Part shown: one piece after another, positions 1-9,635 of the stretch | Numbering within the stretch: the first letter of the stretch is position 1 | How the letters are laid out: each line of letters starts with the position of its first letter | From: Candidatus Gracilibacteria bacterium GN02-873 | Lineage (GTDB): Bacteria; Patescibacteriota; Gracilibacteria; BD1-5; UBA2023 | Length of the DNA stretch: 40,000 bases | Direction: 5' to 3' | NCBI GenBank assembly: GCA_003260345.1 | Contig: MORC01000001.1 | Coordinates: 485,895-525,894 of the forward strand | Program-made: the position numbers and the translations under genes | The notes under the pieces: generated by a model | Database searches by the model: none | The model's input: the letters and a program-made list of their open reading frames with translations, nothing else | What the model was told of the DNA's origin: nothing

Positions 1-1401
1 CGGTTTTTTCGGATCATATGTGCGGAAATAACTCATATCATAAATTCGCGGTTTTTTCGTTCCAAGCGAACATTCGAGCGTGAGAATCGGGCAGGCAGAA
101 TCCTTTCCTACACCACCAATAGTATTTTTGGAAATCACGAGCCCATTGATATAAAGTTGGCGCTGTGGAATATGAAATTCCCCATTTTCTACATAAATAT
201 CAGCCGTTCCATCGGTTTTTTTCTCACCAGAAAATATACTTCCCTCTGCCACAATATACGCATAAATTTTTTTCACATTTCGCGTAATATAGACATTTCC
301 ACCATTTCCATTGGAGTCCTTGAGCACGATAATCGTCTTCATACGATTGGCGGATGGAACTTCGGTATTTTCATTGCCAGAATTATTAAAATCACTATTA
401 ATGACAACATCTCTTCCTTGCACAATAATTGTTTCTACATTACGATAATCCGCACTCGGGCTATCGAATCGCAAAATTTGTGTATTCGGAAGTGCATTAC
501 ATCCAGTTCCTGTCGGAGAATCAAAACAATAATCCTTGTCACTATTGTATAAAAAAGCACTCTGCTGGGAAGTATTCGGAACTGTCACATGTGCATGTGG
601 TGCCACATTTCGTGTCAGGCGCGCTACATTTCCACGAATTTCATTGATAAGCGGGGCGTGCTGAACAGTTGAATATGTAAAGCCAACATTCTGATTGACA
701 TACCGATTCTGGTTCACAACCTCAAAAACTTTGGTTCCGGCAATATTTCCAATCACCGCTACTTTTCCGATAAAATTGACGCTCGCACCACCAGCGCCAG
801 TCGGATCTTTGTACCAATTGCCTGACTGAGTAGATCAACCACCAACAATTAACGTTGATCCCGTGAGATTTTCATCATCAAATTTTACGCCTGTAAAAAA
901 TGGAACCCAACCAAGTCCTTTTGACCAGCCAAATCCTTCAAGATTTGCCGTATTTGGGTTATAATACACGCCCTGTGCATTGCCACCAATCGCGCCAGAA
1001 CCCATAATAATCCACCCAGCATTCGGACTCCAAGCCGCACCAGTCACATGACAAACCTCATTTTTGTTTTGTACGGTTGTTTCAATAATATTGTTCGGAC
1101 AAATAATTTTTGGTTTTACGGAGCCATCTCCGTGGCCAAAAGTTGCCCAACCAGATGAGCCAAGCCAAAAAACTCCATTTAACTCTCCTCTTTGGTTAAA
1201 AGTCGGTGGCAATGCGTTACTGAGGCCACTTCTCTGAAAAAGTACGCGCCCAACATTTCCTCATTTCCAGGTTTTTGGTGGCGTTAATTCTCCTTCAAGC
1301 GTAAATGAGTTATTTTGTGCATTTACAACAGCAAAAAATCCCACGCTCAAGAAAAATGTAAGTAAGAAAGAAAGGACTCCCGTGATGATTTTTGATTGCA
1401 T
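1..1401 (-). CDS. secreted hypothetical protein (3' end outside window)
   Basis: The minus frame is open from the window edge to the ATG at 1399-1401. Track ORF 835-1212 joins to both flanks across TGA at 835-837 and 1261-1263. The N-terminus MQSKIITGVLSFLLTFFLSVGFFAVVNAQN looks like a signal peptide. I recognise no domain. Confidence 0.6.
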
Positions 1402-1603
1402 AAATCGTACAATAAAAAATTTTTTTCAGTATACAAATTTTTATCAGAAATCCAAATAATTTGCTTATAAAAAGGCAATTTCGACTTGCAAGAATGAAAA
1501 AATATTGCACAATTTAGAATATTTGAAAAATTCTCACTCTGGTAAAAAATTTTTTAAGATTTTTTAGGATTTTTGAAAAATTTTACAGAATTTGAGCAAA
1601 AAT

Positions 1604-1625
1604 AAAAAGCACCGAAATGCTTTTT
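1604..1625 (-). terminator. weak hairpin terminator after pyrH
   Basis: aaaaagca-ccgaaa-tgcttttt forms an 8-bp, mostly A-T stem that overlaps the pyrH stop. A T-run follows on the minus strand. Confidence 0.3.
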
Positions 1626-2355
1626 ATTTTTTTTGGTATTTTGCAGTACAAACATAGGTTCCAACGATTTCTTCAGTGTTGATTTTGTCAACATCCTCAA
1701 TTCGGCAAACATAAATCGGCATACACTCGTCGTGTGCGAGCGCAATGGCTGCCTGATCCATCACACGAACATTTTTCTGGATGGCATCTTCAAGAGAAAG
1801 TATCTCGTAGCGAACAGCATCAGAATGTTTCTTGGGATCTTTGTCATAAATTCCGTCAACCTTTGTGGCTTTCACAACAGCATCACACTGCAATTCAAGC
1901 GCTCGCAAAACTGCCGCAGAATCTGTCGAAAAAAATGGATTTCCAGAACCACCCACACAAATCACGACACGTCATTTTTGGAGATGACGAAGCGCACGAC
2001 GCTGGATAAAATCTTCCGCTACCTTGTGCGCAGAAATCGCTGACATCACACGTACATCCACGCCCGCATCTTCTATTGCTTCACCAATCGCAATTCCGTT
2101 AATCATTGTCGCAAGCATTCCCATGTTATCGCCAGTAGCACGATCAAATCCTCCTTTTTCCAATTCAATTCCGCGAAAAATATTTCCCCCACCGACTACA
2201 ATCGCGATTTCCAGTTTTTCTTTTTGCACCAAATGTACAATTTTTTTGGCGAGATACGAGAGAAAATTTGGATCAATTCCGTATCATTGTTCTCATTGAA
2301 GTGCCTCGCCAGAAAGTTTCAATAACACGCGTTTTGGAGTTTGGAATTTTTTCAT
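1624..2355 (-). CDS. pyrH: UMP kinase
   Basis: Track ORFs 1624-1965 and 1972-2232 plus 2233-2355 form one frame if TGA (1972-74, 2284-86, 2293-95) = Gly. The product reads [29 protein letters not shown]...VVGGGNIFRG...LQK-G-RVVICVGGSGNPFFSTDSAA, the UMP kinase signature. Confidence 0.9.
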
Positions 2356-2390
2356 ACAAAAATTTTTTAAAATAAATAATAAAAAATCTC

Positions 2391-2999
2391 CTACATGAAG
2401 CGACTATACAGGAAAAATAGAAACGATGAAAGAATTACCAGAACAAAAAGAATCACCATTCCAACGATGAAAGAATTTTTTTTCTGAACTTCTTTTTCGA
2501 GCGTAGAAATTTTCTCACCAAAAAATCTCGCGTCTTCGGCGCTTTTGTTTTTAGCGTTTTCCAAAAGATTGGCTGTACGCTGATATTCAGAAACGTTGAT
2601 AGAATTTTCGAGCTCGGTTTCCATCTTGCCAACTTTGTACGACAAATCTTTGATGACTTCGTCTTTTTTGGCAATAATACCCTGTGCATCAGTATAAATG
2701 CGTGAAAATTCCGTCAATGCCATCTTGGCATCCGGACTGATTTCTTGCGATTTATTGTAGCGAGTTGGAAGAATTTCTTGTTCTGTTTCCATAGGTTCTT
2801 CATTGAGAATCACGACATAATCATCCGCCTTTCGAGCAGGATCCTCAGAGCGTAAAAGCTCAACATCATCCTCTTCCAGGAACATTTTTTTACCGATACG
2901 ACGAGTGCGGATTCGGTTGGACTGAATGTGTCGATCTACAGTGCGTGTCGATACCCCCAGCCGTTTCGCTGCTTCTGTTCTATCTAGTGTAAAAGCCAT
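2391..2999 (-). CDS. membrane-anchored HTH / coiled-coil protein
   Basis: Uninterrupted 202-aa ORF. It has an N-terminal excisionase/MerR-like HTH (AAKRLGVSTRTVDRHIQSNRI), a charged heptad-like middle and a C-terminal hydrophobic anchor (IVGMVILFVLVILSSFLFFLY). Confidence 0.6.
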   Translation of the reverse strand: MAFTLDRTEAAKRLGVSTRTVDRHIQSNRIRTRRIGKKMFLEEDDVELLRSEDPARKADDYVVILNEEPMETEQEILPTRYNKSQEISPDAKMALTEFSRIYTDAQGIIAKKDEVIKDLSYKVGKMETELENSINVSEYQRTANLLENAKNKSAEDARFFGEKISTLEKEVQKKNSFIVGMVILFVLVILSSFLFFLYSRFM

Positions 3000-3087
3000 A
3001 AAATTTAGGATAATTCCGCGAGTATTGTATGAAAAATTTTAAAAAAATCAAGCAAAAATTCTCGCCAGAAAATGCAATTTTTGGAAA

Positions 3088-3112
3088 ATAAAAACTCCCA
3101 AAATGGGAATTT
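3088..3112 (-). terminator. rho-independent terminator after the surface-protein gene
   Basis: On the minus strand attccca-ttt-tgggagt is followed by ttttatttt, 4 nt after the TAA at 3116-3118. Confidence 0.45.
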
Positions 3113-3115
3113 TTA

Positions 3116-6100
3116 TTATTTGAGAAGATCCGAGATTTTCAAAGTCGTTTCACCAGTCGAAATTTCTGGTTGAAGCGCTTCTTTTTGAGGATTGTCCAAA
3201 GTTTTTACATTTTCAAAAATATTCTGAACTGGCTTCATCACCGAAGAAATAATTTCCTGAAAATGTGTGATATTATAGAGAACTTTTGCTGTTTCCGCAA
3301 GCGACATATACGAATATGGTTCGAAAAGTCGTGGTTTTCCAGGCATTGGCTCACCATCAATTGTGTGACGACCATGAAGCAAACACTTATTATATGCATA
3401 CTGCACATAGCGCGCAAGTGGCGTATCTTGTTTTACATCTTCAAATGAAGAAATTTCATCTCCACTTGGAAGTTTTTCGCCAATTTTTCGAGTAAATTCT
3501 CCAAGAATTTTGGCTGCTTCACCACGAGAAATCTGATCATTTGGGCGGAAAATTTTGAGTGGATTTCCATCTTCATCAAATCGTTGTTTTCCATTTTTGT
3601 CGTACGAATCCTGACCATGCAAAGCACCAGTACGAAGCGCGTATGTAACATATTTTGCATACCAAGCATTCATATCCAAATCTTCAAAATTTTTCAAAGT
3701 GGTGATATCTTCGTTTTCGAGAGAAACAGAAGTTGCGTTCAGTACGAGTTTCAGAAATTCTACACGAGAAAGCGGGCGATGCATATTATTCTGATCAAGA
3801 ACTTGCAAAACATCATAGTATGCTGATAATTTTGGATCATCCAAATTTTTCACAGCAGAAAAACATTTTCCTTCTACGCTTGGTGCATATAGAATAGGCA
3901 CATGCCCTTCTGGAAATTCTGGTGATGGCGCGTCTGGCGCAGCCCCACCAGCTCCTGGTCATTTAATAAATGAAGTGGTTGGTGGATTTGTTGGTGGATT
4001 TGTTGGTGGATTTGTTGGTGGATTTGTTGGTGGATTTGTTGGTGGATTTGTTGGTGGATTTGTTGGTGGATTTGTTGGTGGATTTGTTGGTACACTATTT
4101 ACTGCCACTTCCACTTTAACATTCGCAATTTCACAATCAGTAGTGTGCTTTGGGCAAAGCTCATATTTAAATTGATAACTTCCTTGCGGATATTTTCCTG
4201 GATCAATCTGAAGATTTCCATTATTCATCAATGAAGCCTTTCCTTGAAAAACATCAGGAATTACTTTAAGAGTTGGAATAGAATTTTTTATTGTCGCCTT
4301 GATAGGTTGACCAGAAGATCGACGAGCCTGATCATTTGCGGGACTAACAATTCCTGTACCCTCATACTCAACACCTTCGTTAATTTGACGAGAAGATCGA
4401 AAAACCTGATCATTTGCAAGAATATCAATTTCTGTACGCTCAGAATCAACATTTTCGTCACGAGTAATGCTGCCAACATCATTTTGTGGTTGAGCTCCCA
4501 AAACCATGTAAGTTTCTGTAAAAAAGAAGAAATAACTGCTTTCACAATATTCTTGCCCATTTACTGTTGCACAAAATGTATAATCAGCCTGTCCCCCTAT
4601 GTGGTCTTCCCCACCGCCCAAAATTTTTAATTTATTATCCTCTACCGAAACTCTTCCTTCAAGATAACTTGGAAGGCTACCGAGGATAATGCGACGATTT
4701 TCGCCTGACTGTATTGATCCGAATTCATCCACAATCTTATCATTTTCCATCAAATCATAGACGACTTCTGGATTTTCCTCATCTTCCATTCGCTCAATAG
4801 CAATATAATCAGCCTGAGCTTCTGCATGGTATTTTGCCTCACCTTTTCGGACATTAACTTGCAATGTAATCACTAATGATTCACATGCGTGCTTCCCTTT
4901 TGGTGAATCGCCACACAATGTATATGGAATACGATATTCTCCAGCTGGATATTTGGATGCAGCAAGCTTCAAAGTTTTACCATCAAGTGAAATTTTTCAT
5001 TTCAATTCGGCTGGCATATCTGATTCATTGAGGGTAGTAGAAACATTTTCAATGCCAATATCTTCGTATGTATAGTAATTCAGAGCATAAAATGATACAC
5101 CCTTAGCAATCTCAAAAGTCATTTCATCAAAAGAGGAATCTTCTTGTCGTGTAATTGAAATTTTATCATCCTGAACACGCAAATACGAGGTATCGGGCTC
5201 CACATATTCTTTAATTTCTACAAAAATTTTCGCATCTGTACATGAAGATTTGATTTTGCCAGGAATTTCATTGGCACAAAGGGTATATGTAAATTCATAT
5301 GTTCCATCAGGTGCAGAATTTTCAATCACAACAAAATCTCCCTTATCAGTTAAATACGAACCTTTCAGTGGATGATTTCCTGTAATAGTACCAATAATAT
5401 TTCTTGTTACTGTTTTATCTTTTTCGTCAGCCTGAATGGATTTTGGTGTTGTGTCAACACCGTATTCAAGCGCTGGATCAGAATTTGGCACTACTTTGAG
5501 TTGAAAAGTAGAATTTTCTGGCGTAGCAAAGTGATAATCAGAATTATTATCAGAATCCCAAAAACCATCAAAACCAACTACATTTTGCTTATATTCTGGT
5601 GTCTCATACCCAGAGGAATGTGTAGTGCGAATCCAATCATCAGTCGGACTTACAGTCCAAGATTTTATTTTTGCTGGTTCAGTAGTCTCAGTGGAGGCCG
5701 TACCAGTCGAAACAGCACCAGTTGATGCGGCTGCACCAAAACCCGTTGCAATCCCATTTTCTGCCGACTCATCCGCAAATGCGTTCCACAAAAAAATCGA
5801 AGAACACACAAAAAGTACCGATAAAATCTGCACTATTCGTTTCATTCTGGGAGAAATATTGGTTTTCAAAGAAGTCATTGTTGGTGGATTTGTTGGTGGA
5901 TTTGTTGGTGGATTTGTTGGTGGATTTGTTGGTGCACTATTTACTGCCACTTCCACTTTAACATTCGCAATTTCACAATCAGTAGCGTGCTTTGGGCAAA
6001 GCTCATATTTAAATCGATAACTTCCTTGCGGATATTTTCCTGGATCAATCTGAAGTTTTCCATTATTCATCAATGAAGCCTTTCCTTGAAAAACATCAGG

Positions 6101-7642
6101 AATTACTTTAAGAGTTGGAATAGAATTTTTCATTGTCGCCTTGATAAGTTGACCGGAAGATCGACGAACCTGATCATTTGCGAGAATATCAATTTCTGTA
6201 CGCTCAGAATCAACATTTTCGTCACGAGCAATGCTGCCAACATCATTTTGTGGTTGAGCTCCCCAAACCATGTAAGTTTCTGTAAAAATCACGAAATAAC
6301 TGCTTTCACAATATTCTTGCCCATTTACTGTTGCACAAAATGTATAATTAGCTTGTCCCCCTATGTCGTCTTTCCCACCGCCCAAAATTTTTAATGTATT
6401 ATCTTCTACCACAACTCTTCCTTCAAGATTACTTGGAAGGCTACCGAGGATAATGCGACGCTTTTCGCCTGGCTGTGTTCATCCGAATTCATCCACAATC
6501 TTATCATTTTCCATCAAATCATAGACGACTTCTGGATTTTCCTCATCTTCCATTCGCTCAATAGTAATATAATCAGCCTGGGCTTCTGCATGGTATTTTG
6601 CCTCACCTTTTCGGACATTAACTTGCAATGTAATCACTAATGATTCACATGCATGCTTCCCTTTTGGTGAGTTGCCACACAATGTATATGGAATACGATA
6701 TTCTCCAGCTGGATATTTGAATGCAGCAAGCTTCAAGGTTTTACCATCAAGTGAAATTTTTCATTTCAATTCGGCTGGTATAGCTGATTCATTGGGGGCA
6801 GTAGAAACATTTTCAATGCCAATATCTTCGTATGTACCGTAATTCAGATCATAAAATGATGCACCCTTAGCAATCTCAAAAGTCATTTCATCGAAAGAGG
6901 AATCTTCTTGTCGTGTAATTGAAAATTTATCATCATGACCACGCAAATACGAGGTATCGGGCTTCACATATTCTTTAATTTCTACAAAAATTTTCGCATC
7001 TGCACATGAAGATTCCATTTGGTCAGGAATTTCATTGGCACAAAGGATATATGTAAATTCATATGTTCCATCAGGTGCAGAATTTTCAATCACAACAAAA
7101 TCTCCCTCATCAGTTAAATACGAACCTTTCAGTGGATGATTTCCTGTAATAGTACCAATAATATTTCTTGTTACTGTTTTGCCTTTTTCTTCAGCCTGGA
7201 TGGATTTTGGTGTTGTGTCAACATCATATTCAAGTGCTGGATCAGAATTTGGCACTACCATGAGTTGAAAAGTAGAATTTTCTGGCGTAGCAAAGTGATA
7301 ATCAAAATAATTATAAGGATCCCAAAAACTATCAGAACCAATTATATTTTGCTTATATTCTGGTGTCTCATACCCAGAGGAATGTGTAGTGTAAATCCAA
7401 TCATCAGTCGGACTTACAGTCCAAGATTGCATTTTTGCTGGTTCAGTAGGCCCAACGAACACCACACCAGTCGAAACAGCACCAGTTGATGCGGCTGTAC
7501 CAGAACCCGTTTCAGTCCCATTTTCTGCCGACTCATCCGCAAATGCATTCCACAAAAAAATCGAAGAACACACAAAAAGTACCGATAAAATCTGCACTAT
7601 TCGTTTCATTCTGGGAGAAATATTGGTTTTCAAAGAAGTCAT
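3116..7642 (-). CDS. giant SLH-anchored cell-surface protein with internal tandem duplication (1508 codons in code 25)
   Basis: Track ORFs 3116-3901, 3959-4972, 4997-6412, 6479-6736 and 6761-7735 share one frame and are separated only by TGA (3959, 4997, 6479, 6761). I checked the gap codons and found no TAA or TAG. At 6479 the paralogous codon in the other unit is TCC inside an open frame. I take the start at ATG 7640-7642, which gives the signal peptide MTSLKTNISPRMKRIVQILSVLFVCSSIFLWNAFA. The protein has eight Cys-pair modules (G.Y.F.Y.LC...C..A.V.V), (PTNP)n linkers and C-terminal SLH-like repeats (F.DV...W..YV.YA...G...G). Confidence 0.7.
3975..4091. repeat. 12-bp tandem array, about 9.5 units (ttggtggatttg), encoding (PTNP)n
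   Basis: Perfect 12-bp units run from 3979 to 4086 with partial units at both ends. The array lies inside the surface-protein CDS, and the other frames give the spurious QQIH and GGFV track ORFs. Confidence 0.95.
3979..5878. repeat. tandem duplication unit B (~1.90 kb)
   Basis: Collinear with 5879-7642: signal peptide, four Cys-pair modules and a PTNP array. It is longer than unit A by five PTNP units (60 bp) and a 78-bp internal duplication. Confidence 0.9.
5879..7642. repeat. tandem duplication unit A (1764 bp)
   Basis: The ATG at 7640-42 and the ATG at 5876-78 are exactly 1764 bp (588 codons) apart. The sequence is highly similar to unit B along its whole length. Confidence 0.9.
5881..5933. 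repeat. 12-bp tandem array, about 4.5 units, encoding (PTNP)n
   Basis: The same ttggtggatttg unit as at 3975-4091, with 4 full copies. It is followed directly by the internal ATG and signal-peptide codons. Confidence 0.95.
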
Positions 7643-7808
7643 TTTATAAAAGATTACGAAATACCTCTGTAAGATATCATATTTTTTTCGAATTTGCAAA
7701 AATCCAGATATTTCAAAATTTTTTACTATTGACAATTTTATTTTTTATTGTAATAAATTTATAAAATTTTCCAGGAAAAATTATTTCAAAAATTTTTTGA
7801 CAAAAAAT

Positions 7809-7836
7809 TTGCTTTTTCAAAAATTTTCTATACAAT
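7809..7836 (+). promoter_or_regulatory. sigma70-like promoter for tRNA-Gln
   Basis: TTGCTT (7809-14), N16, TACAAT (7831-36), 18 nt upstream of the tRNA 5' end. The -35 sits in the motif aaaaatTTGCTTttt, which recurs upstream of ssrA and ybaB. Confidence 0.45.
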
Positions 7837-7854
7837 TCGTGTGCTTTCAAGTTT

Positions 7855-7929
7855 TGGGGTATAGCCAAGCGGTAAGGCAGCGGACTTTGACTCCGTCATT
7901 CGTAGGTTCGAATCCTACTACCCCAGCCA
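7855..7929 (+). tRNA. tRNA-Gln (anticodon UUG), CCA encoded
   Basis: Cloverleaf read by eye. The acceptor is TGGGGTA/TACCCCA with the U1-A72 pair typical of bacterial tRNA-Gln. The D arm GCCAAGCGGTAAGGC matches E. coli tRNA-Gln. The anticodon loop is CTTTGAC, the T arm is GTAGGTTCGAATCCTAC, and the 3' end is GCCA. Confidence 0.93.
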
Positions 7930-7935
7930 TTTGCA

Positions 7936-7968
7936 ACAAAAAATCCTCTCCTCGAGGATTTTTATTTT
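7936..7968. terminator. bidirectional hairpin terminator (tRNA-Gln / pirin)
   Basis: aatcctc-tcctc-gaggatt is flanked by an A-tract upstream and tttatttt downstream. It lies between two convergent genes. Confidence 0.6.
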
Positions 7969-7975
7969 GTGTTTT

Positions 7976-8839
7976 TTAATTGAGAAGCCCAACACTATAA
8001 TCACGAAAAGCTTGCATAAGATCAGTTGGATTATCCATTACAAATGGTCCATAATTAAAAACTCCCTGCCCAAGTGGTGTTCCAGACATCACAAGAATTT
8101 TAGAATTTTCAGTCGCAAAAATCTCGATAGAATCACCTTTTTGAGAAAAATATACAAGCTCAGAATGAGCAATATCTTTATCATTTACCTTCGCAGAACC
8201 AGCAGCCACCAACATCATTGTGTTATCGCCGTCTCGAAGATTTATGAGTAATTTTCCAGAGTTTTCAAAGCGAATATCATAGAGCTCAATTGGAGAAAAT
8301 GTTTTTGCAGGACCTTTTGTATGATCAAATTCTCCTGCGATTACTCGTATTTTTCCGTTTTCAAAAGACACTTCTGGAATATCTTCTTTCGTGATAGATT
8401 GATATCGTGGTTCAGTCATTTTGTCTGCGGCTGGCAAATCTACCCAAAGTTGAACCATATGCTGTGTTCCGCCTTTTTTGGAAAAATTTTCACTCATATA
8501 TTCATTGTGCATAAGGCCAGATCCTGCCGTCATCCATTGTACATCGTCAGCAAAAATAATCCCATGATTGCCTCGCGTATCATTGTGTTCAATCTCGCCT
8601 GCATACGCGATTGTTACCGTTTCAAAACCTCGATGTGGATGATATCCAACGCCCGGACGATGACCCTTGCTCTGTGCGGGAACTTCCCATGGAGCATTAT
8701 AATCCATCATCAAAAAAGGACTTGTCTCGGCCGTCATTTCACGACCATAACCTGGCATAAGTTGTGTTACATTGAAGCCATCACCTACCATGTGATTGTC
8801 ATTTGGTCGCTCATGGCGAATAATTGTTTTTGTAGTCAT
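7976..8839 (-). CDS. pirin family protein (cupin)
   Basis: Uninterrupted 287-aa [28 protein letters not shown] and [11 protein letters not shown] are the pirin N-terminal cupin metal-site motifs. It contains no in-frame TGA. Confidence 0.85.
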   Translation of the reverse strand: MTTKTIIRHERPNDNHMVGDGFNVTQLMPGYGREMTAETSPFLMMDYNAPWEVPAQSKGHRPGVGYHPHRGFETVTIAYAGEIEHNDTRGNHGIIFADDVQWMTAGSGLMHNEYMSENFSKKGGTQHMVQLWVDLPAADKMTEPRYQSITKEDIPEVSFENGKIRVIAGEFDHTKGPAKTFSPIELYDIRFENSGKLLINLRDGDNTMMLVAAGSAKVNDKDIAHSELVYFSQKGDSIEIFATENSKILVMSGTPLGQGVFNYGPFVMDNPTDLMQAFRDYSVGLLN

Positions 8840-9010
8840 AATTATTTTTTAGAAATTAAATGGATTATCACATTAAAAACTGGTGGCAAAATTCTATCAA
8901 AACTCAAATCCTCATGCATTATATCATTTTACTTTAAAAATTAAAGTAATTTTTCATACTTTTTTTCTAAAATATTAATTTGTTGGCTTATTGATACGCA
9001 AAATTTGCAT

Positions 9011-9032
9011 AAAAAATCTCACTTTCGTGAGA
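9011..9032 (-). terminator. rho-independent terminator of ssrA
   Basis: On the minus strand tctcac-gaaa-gtgaga is followed by tttttt, 12 nt after the tmRNA CCA end. Confidence 0.65.
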
Positions 9033-9044
9033 ATTGTTTTCATC

Positions 9045-9475
9045 TGGTGGAGATGGCGGGCACCGCCCCCGCGTCTAATAGGGCAAACCGAGTGATTCTA
9101 CTTATTATAGAAATTTTTGAATAGATTTTCAGACAAGAAAAATTTCAAAAAACTGAAAATCAAAATTTTTAAAATACAAATATTTTTACAAAAATTTTAA
9201 AAACTCCGAATATTCGTTCTATAAAATAATTTTCTCATTATAGAAATCTGAGAAAATGGTTGTAGCAGGCCATCTGGCACTCAATCCATCGGAAAGGCTA
9301 CGCTTCGCTATAAGTTAGGCAATAGCGTAAGCTGGAGCTGCCTTGAAAGATTTTGCAAGGCGAGTAAGAGGAGATGTCTTTGCATCTAAGTTTTTCCCTT
9401 TGATAACGAGGCGAGAAGCCCCGAATAAGCACAAACGACTTGCGAAGTCCTACTATCAAATCCTGTATCATCCCC
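9045..9475 (-). ncRNA. ssrA: tmRNA (transfer-messenger RNA), 431 nt
   Basis: The 5' end GGGGATGATACAGGATTTGA and 3' end GACGCGGG-GGCGGTG-CCCGCCATCTCCACCA match tmRNA ends, and the acceptor GGGGATG/CATCTCC has the G3-U70 Ala identity pair. The tag ORF at 9383-9315 reads GCA AAG ... GCT ATT GCC TAA = AKTSPLTRLAKSFKAAPAYAIA*. It is preceded by AAAAACTTAGAT, like the E. coli resume context. Confidence 0.88.
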
Positions 9476-9489
9476 AGAATGACAAAAAA

Positions 9490-9517
9490 ATTATAAAAAA
9501 TTTTTAGAAAAAAGCAA
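9490..9517 (-). promoter_or_regulatory. sigma70-like promoter for ssrA
   Basis: Minus strand: TTGCTT (9517-9512), N16, TATAAT (9495-9490), 14 nt upstream of the mature 5' GGGG. Confidence 0.55.
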
Positions 9518-9635
9518 ATTTTTCGAAAAAAATATTTTTGTACGATTTTAAGGTAAAAATAATCTATTTTTTGATATATTTTTCAAAATATGATTTTTCA
9601 TACTTTTCATACTTTTAAAAATTATAACGATTTTA

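Noticed and set aside
157-647. Plus-strand track ORFs 157-552 and 429-647.
   Set aside because: They lie opposite the continuous minus-strand secreted-protein frame and have implausible composition (I/R/N/F-rich, no motifs).
3975-4091. The short perfect repeat array as a CRISPR or other spacer-containing array.
   Set aside because: The units are 12 bp, contiguous with no spacers, in frame inside a CDS, and there are no cas genes.
3874-4175. Track ORFs encoding (QQIH)n on the minus strand and (GGFV)n on the plus strand.
   Set aside because: They are alternative frames of the 12-bp PTNP array inside the surface-protein CDS. They have no flanking coding context.
3959-7642. The two diverged surface-protein units as template and variable repeats of a diversity-generating retroelement.
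   Set aside because: Differences between the units are not adenine-specific (for example CG versus TA changes), span the whole 1.8 kb, and no reverse transcriptase gene is nearby.
7855-8839. The pirin gene as a tRNA-targeted island, since it is TGA-free, looks GC-richer, and sits between the tRNA-Gln and ssrA integration hot spots.
   Set aside because: I found no repeat of the tRNA or tmRNA 3' end downstream and no integrase. Its codon usage (CGN Arg, CTT/CTC Leu) matches core genes.
9100-9250. The AT-rich middle of the tmRNA as an intron or inserted MITE.
   Set aside because: The only support is an 11-nt direct repeat in AT-rich sequence. I see no group I intron core elements or terminal inverted repeats, and the hairpins could simply replace pseudoknots. 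I kept it as a point to check under the tmRNA finding.
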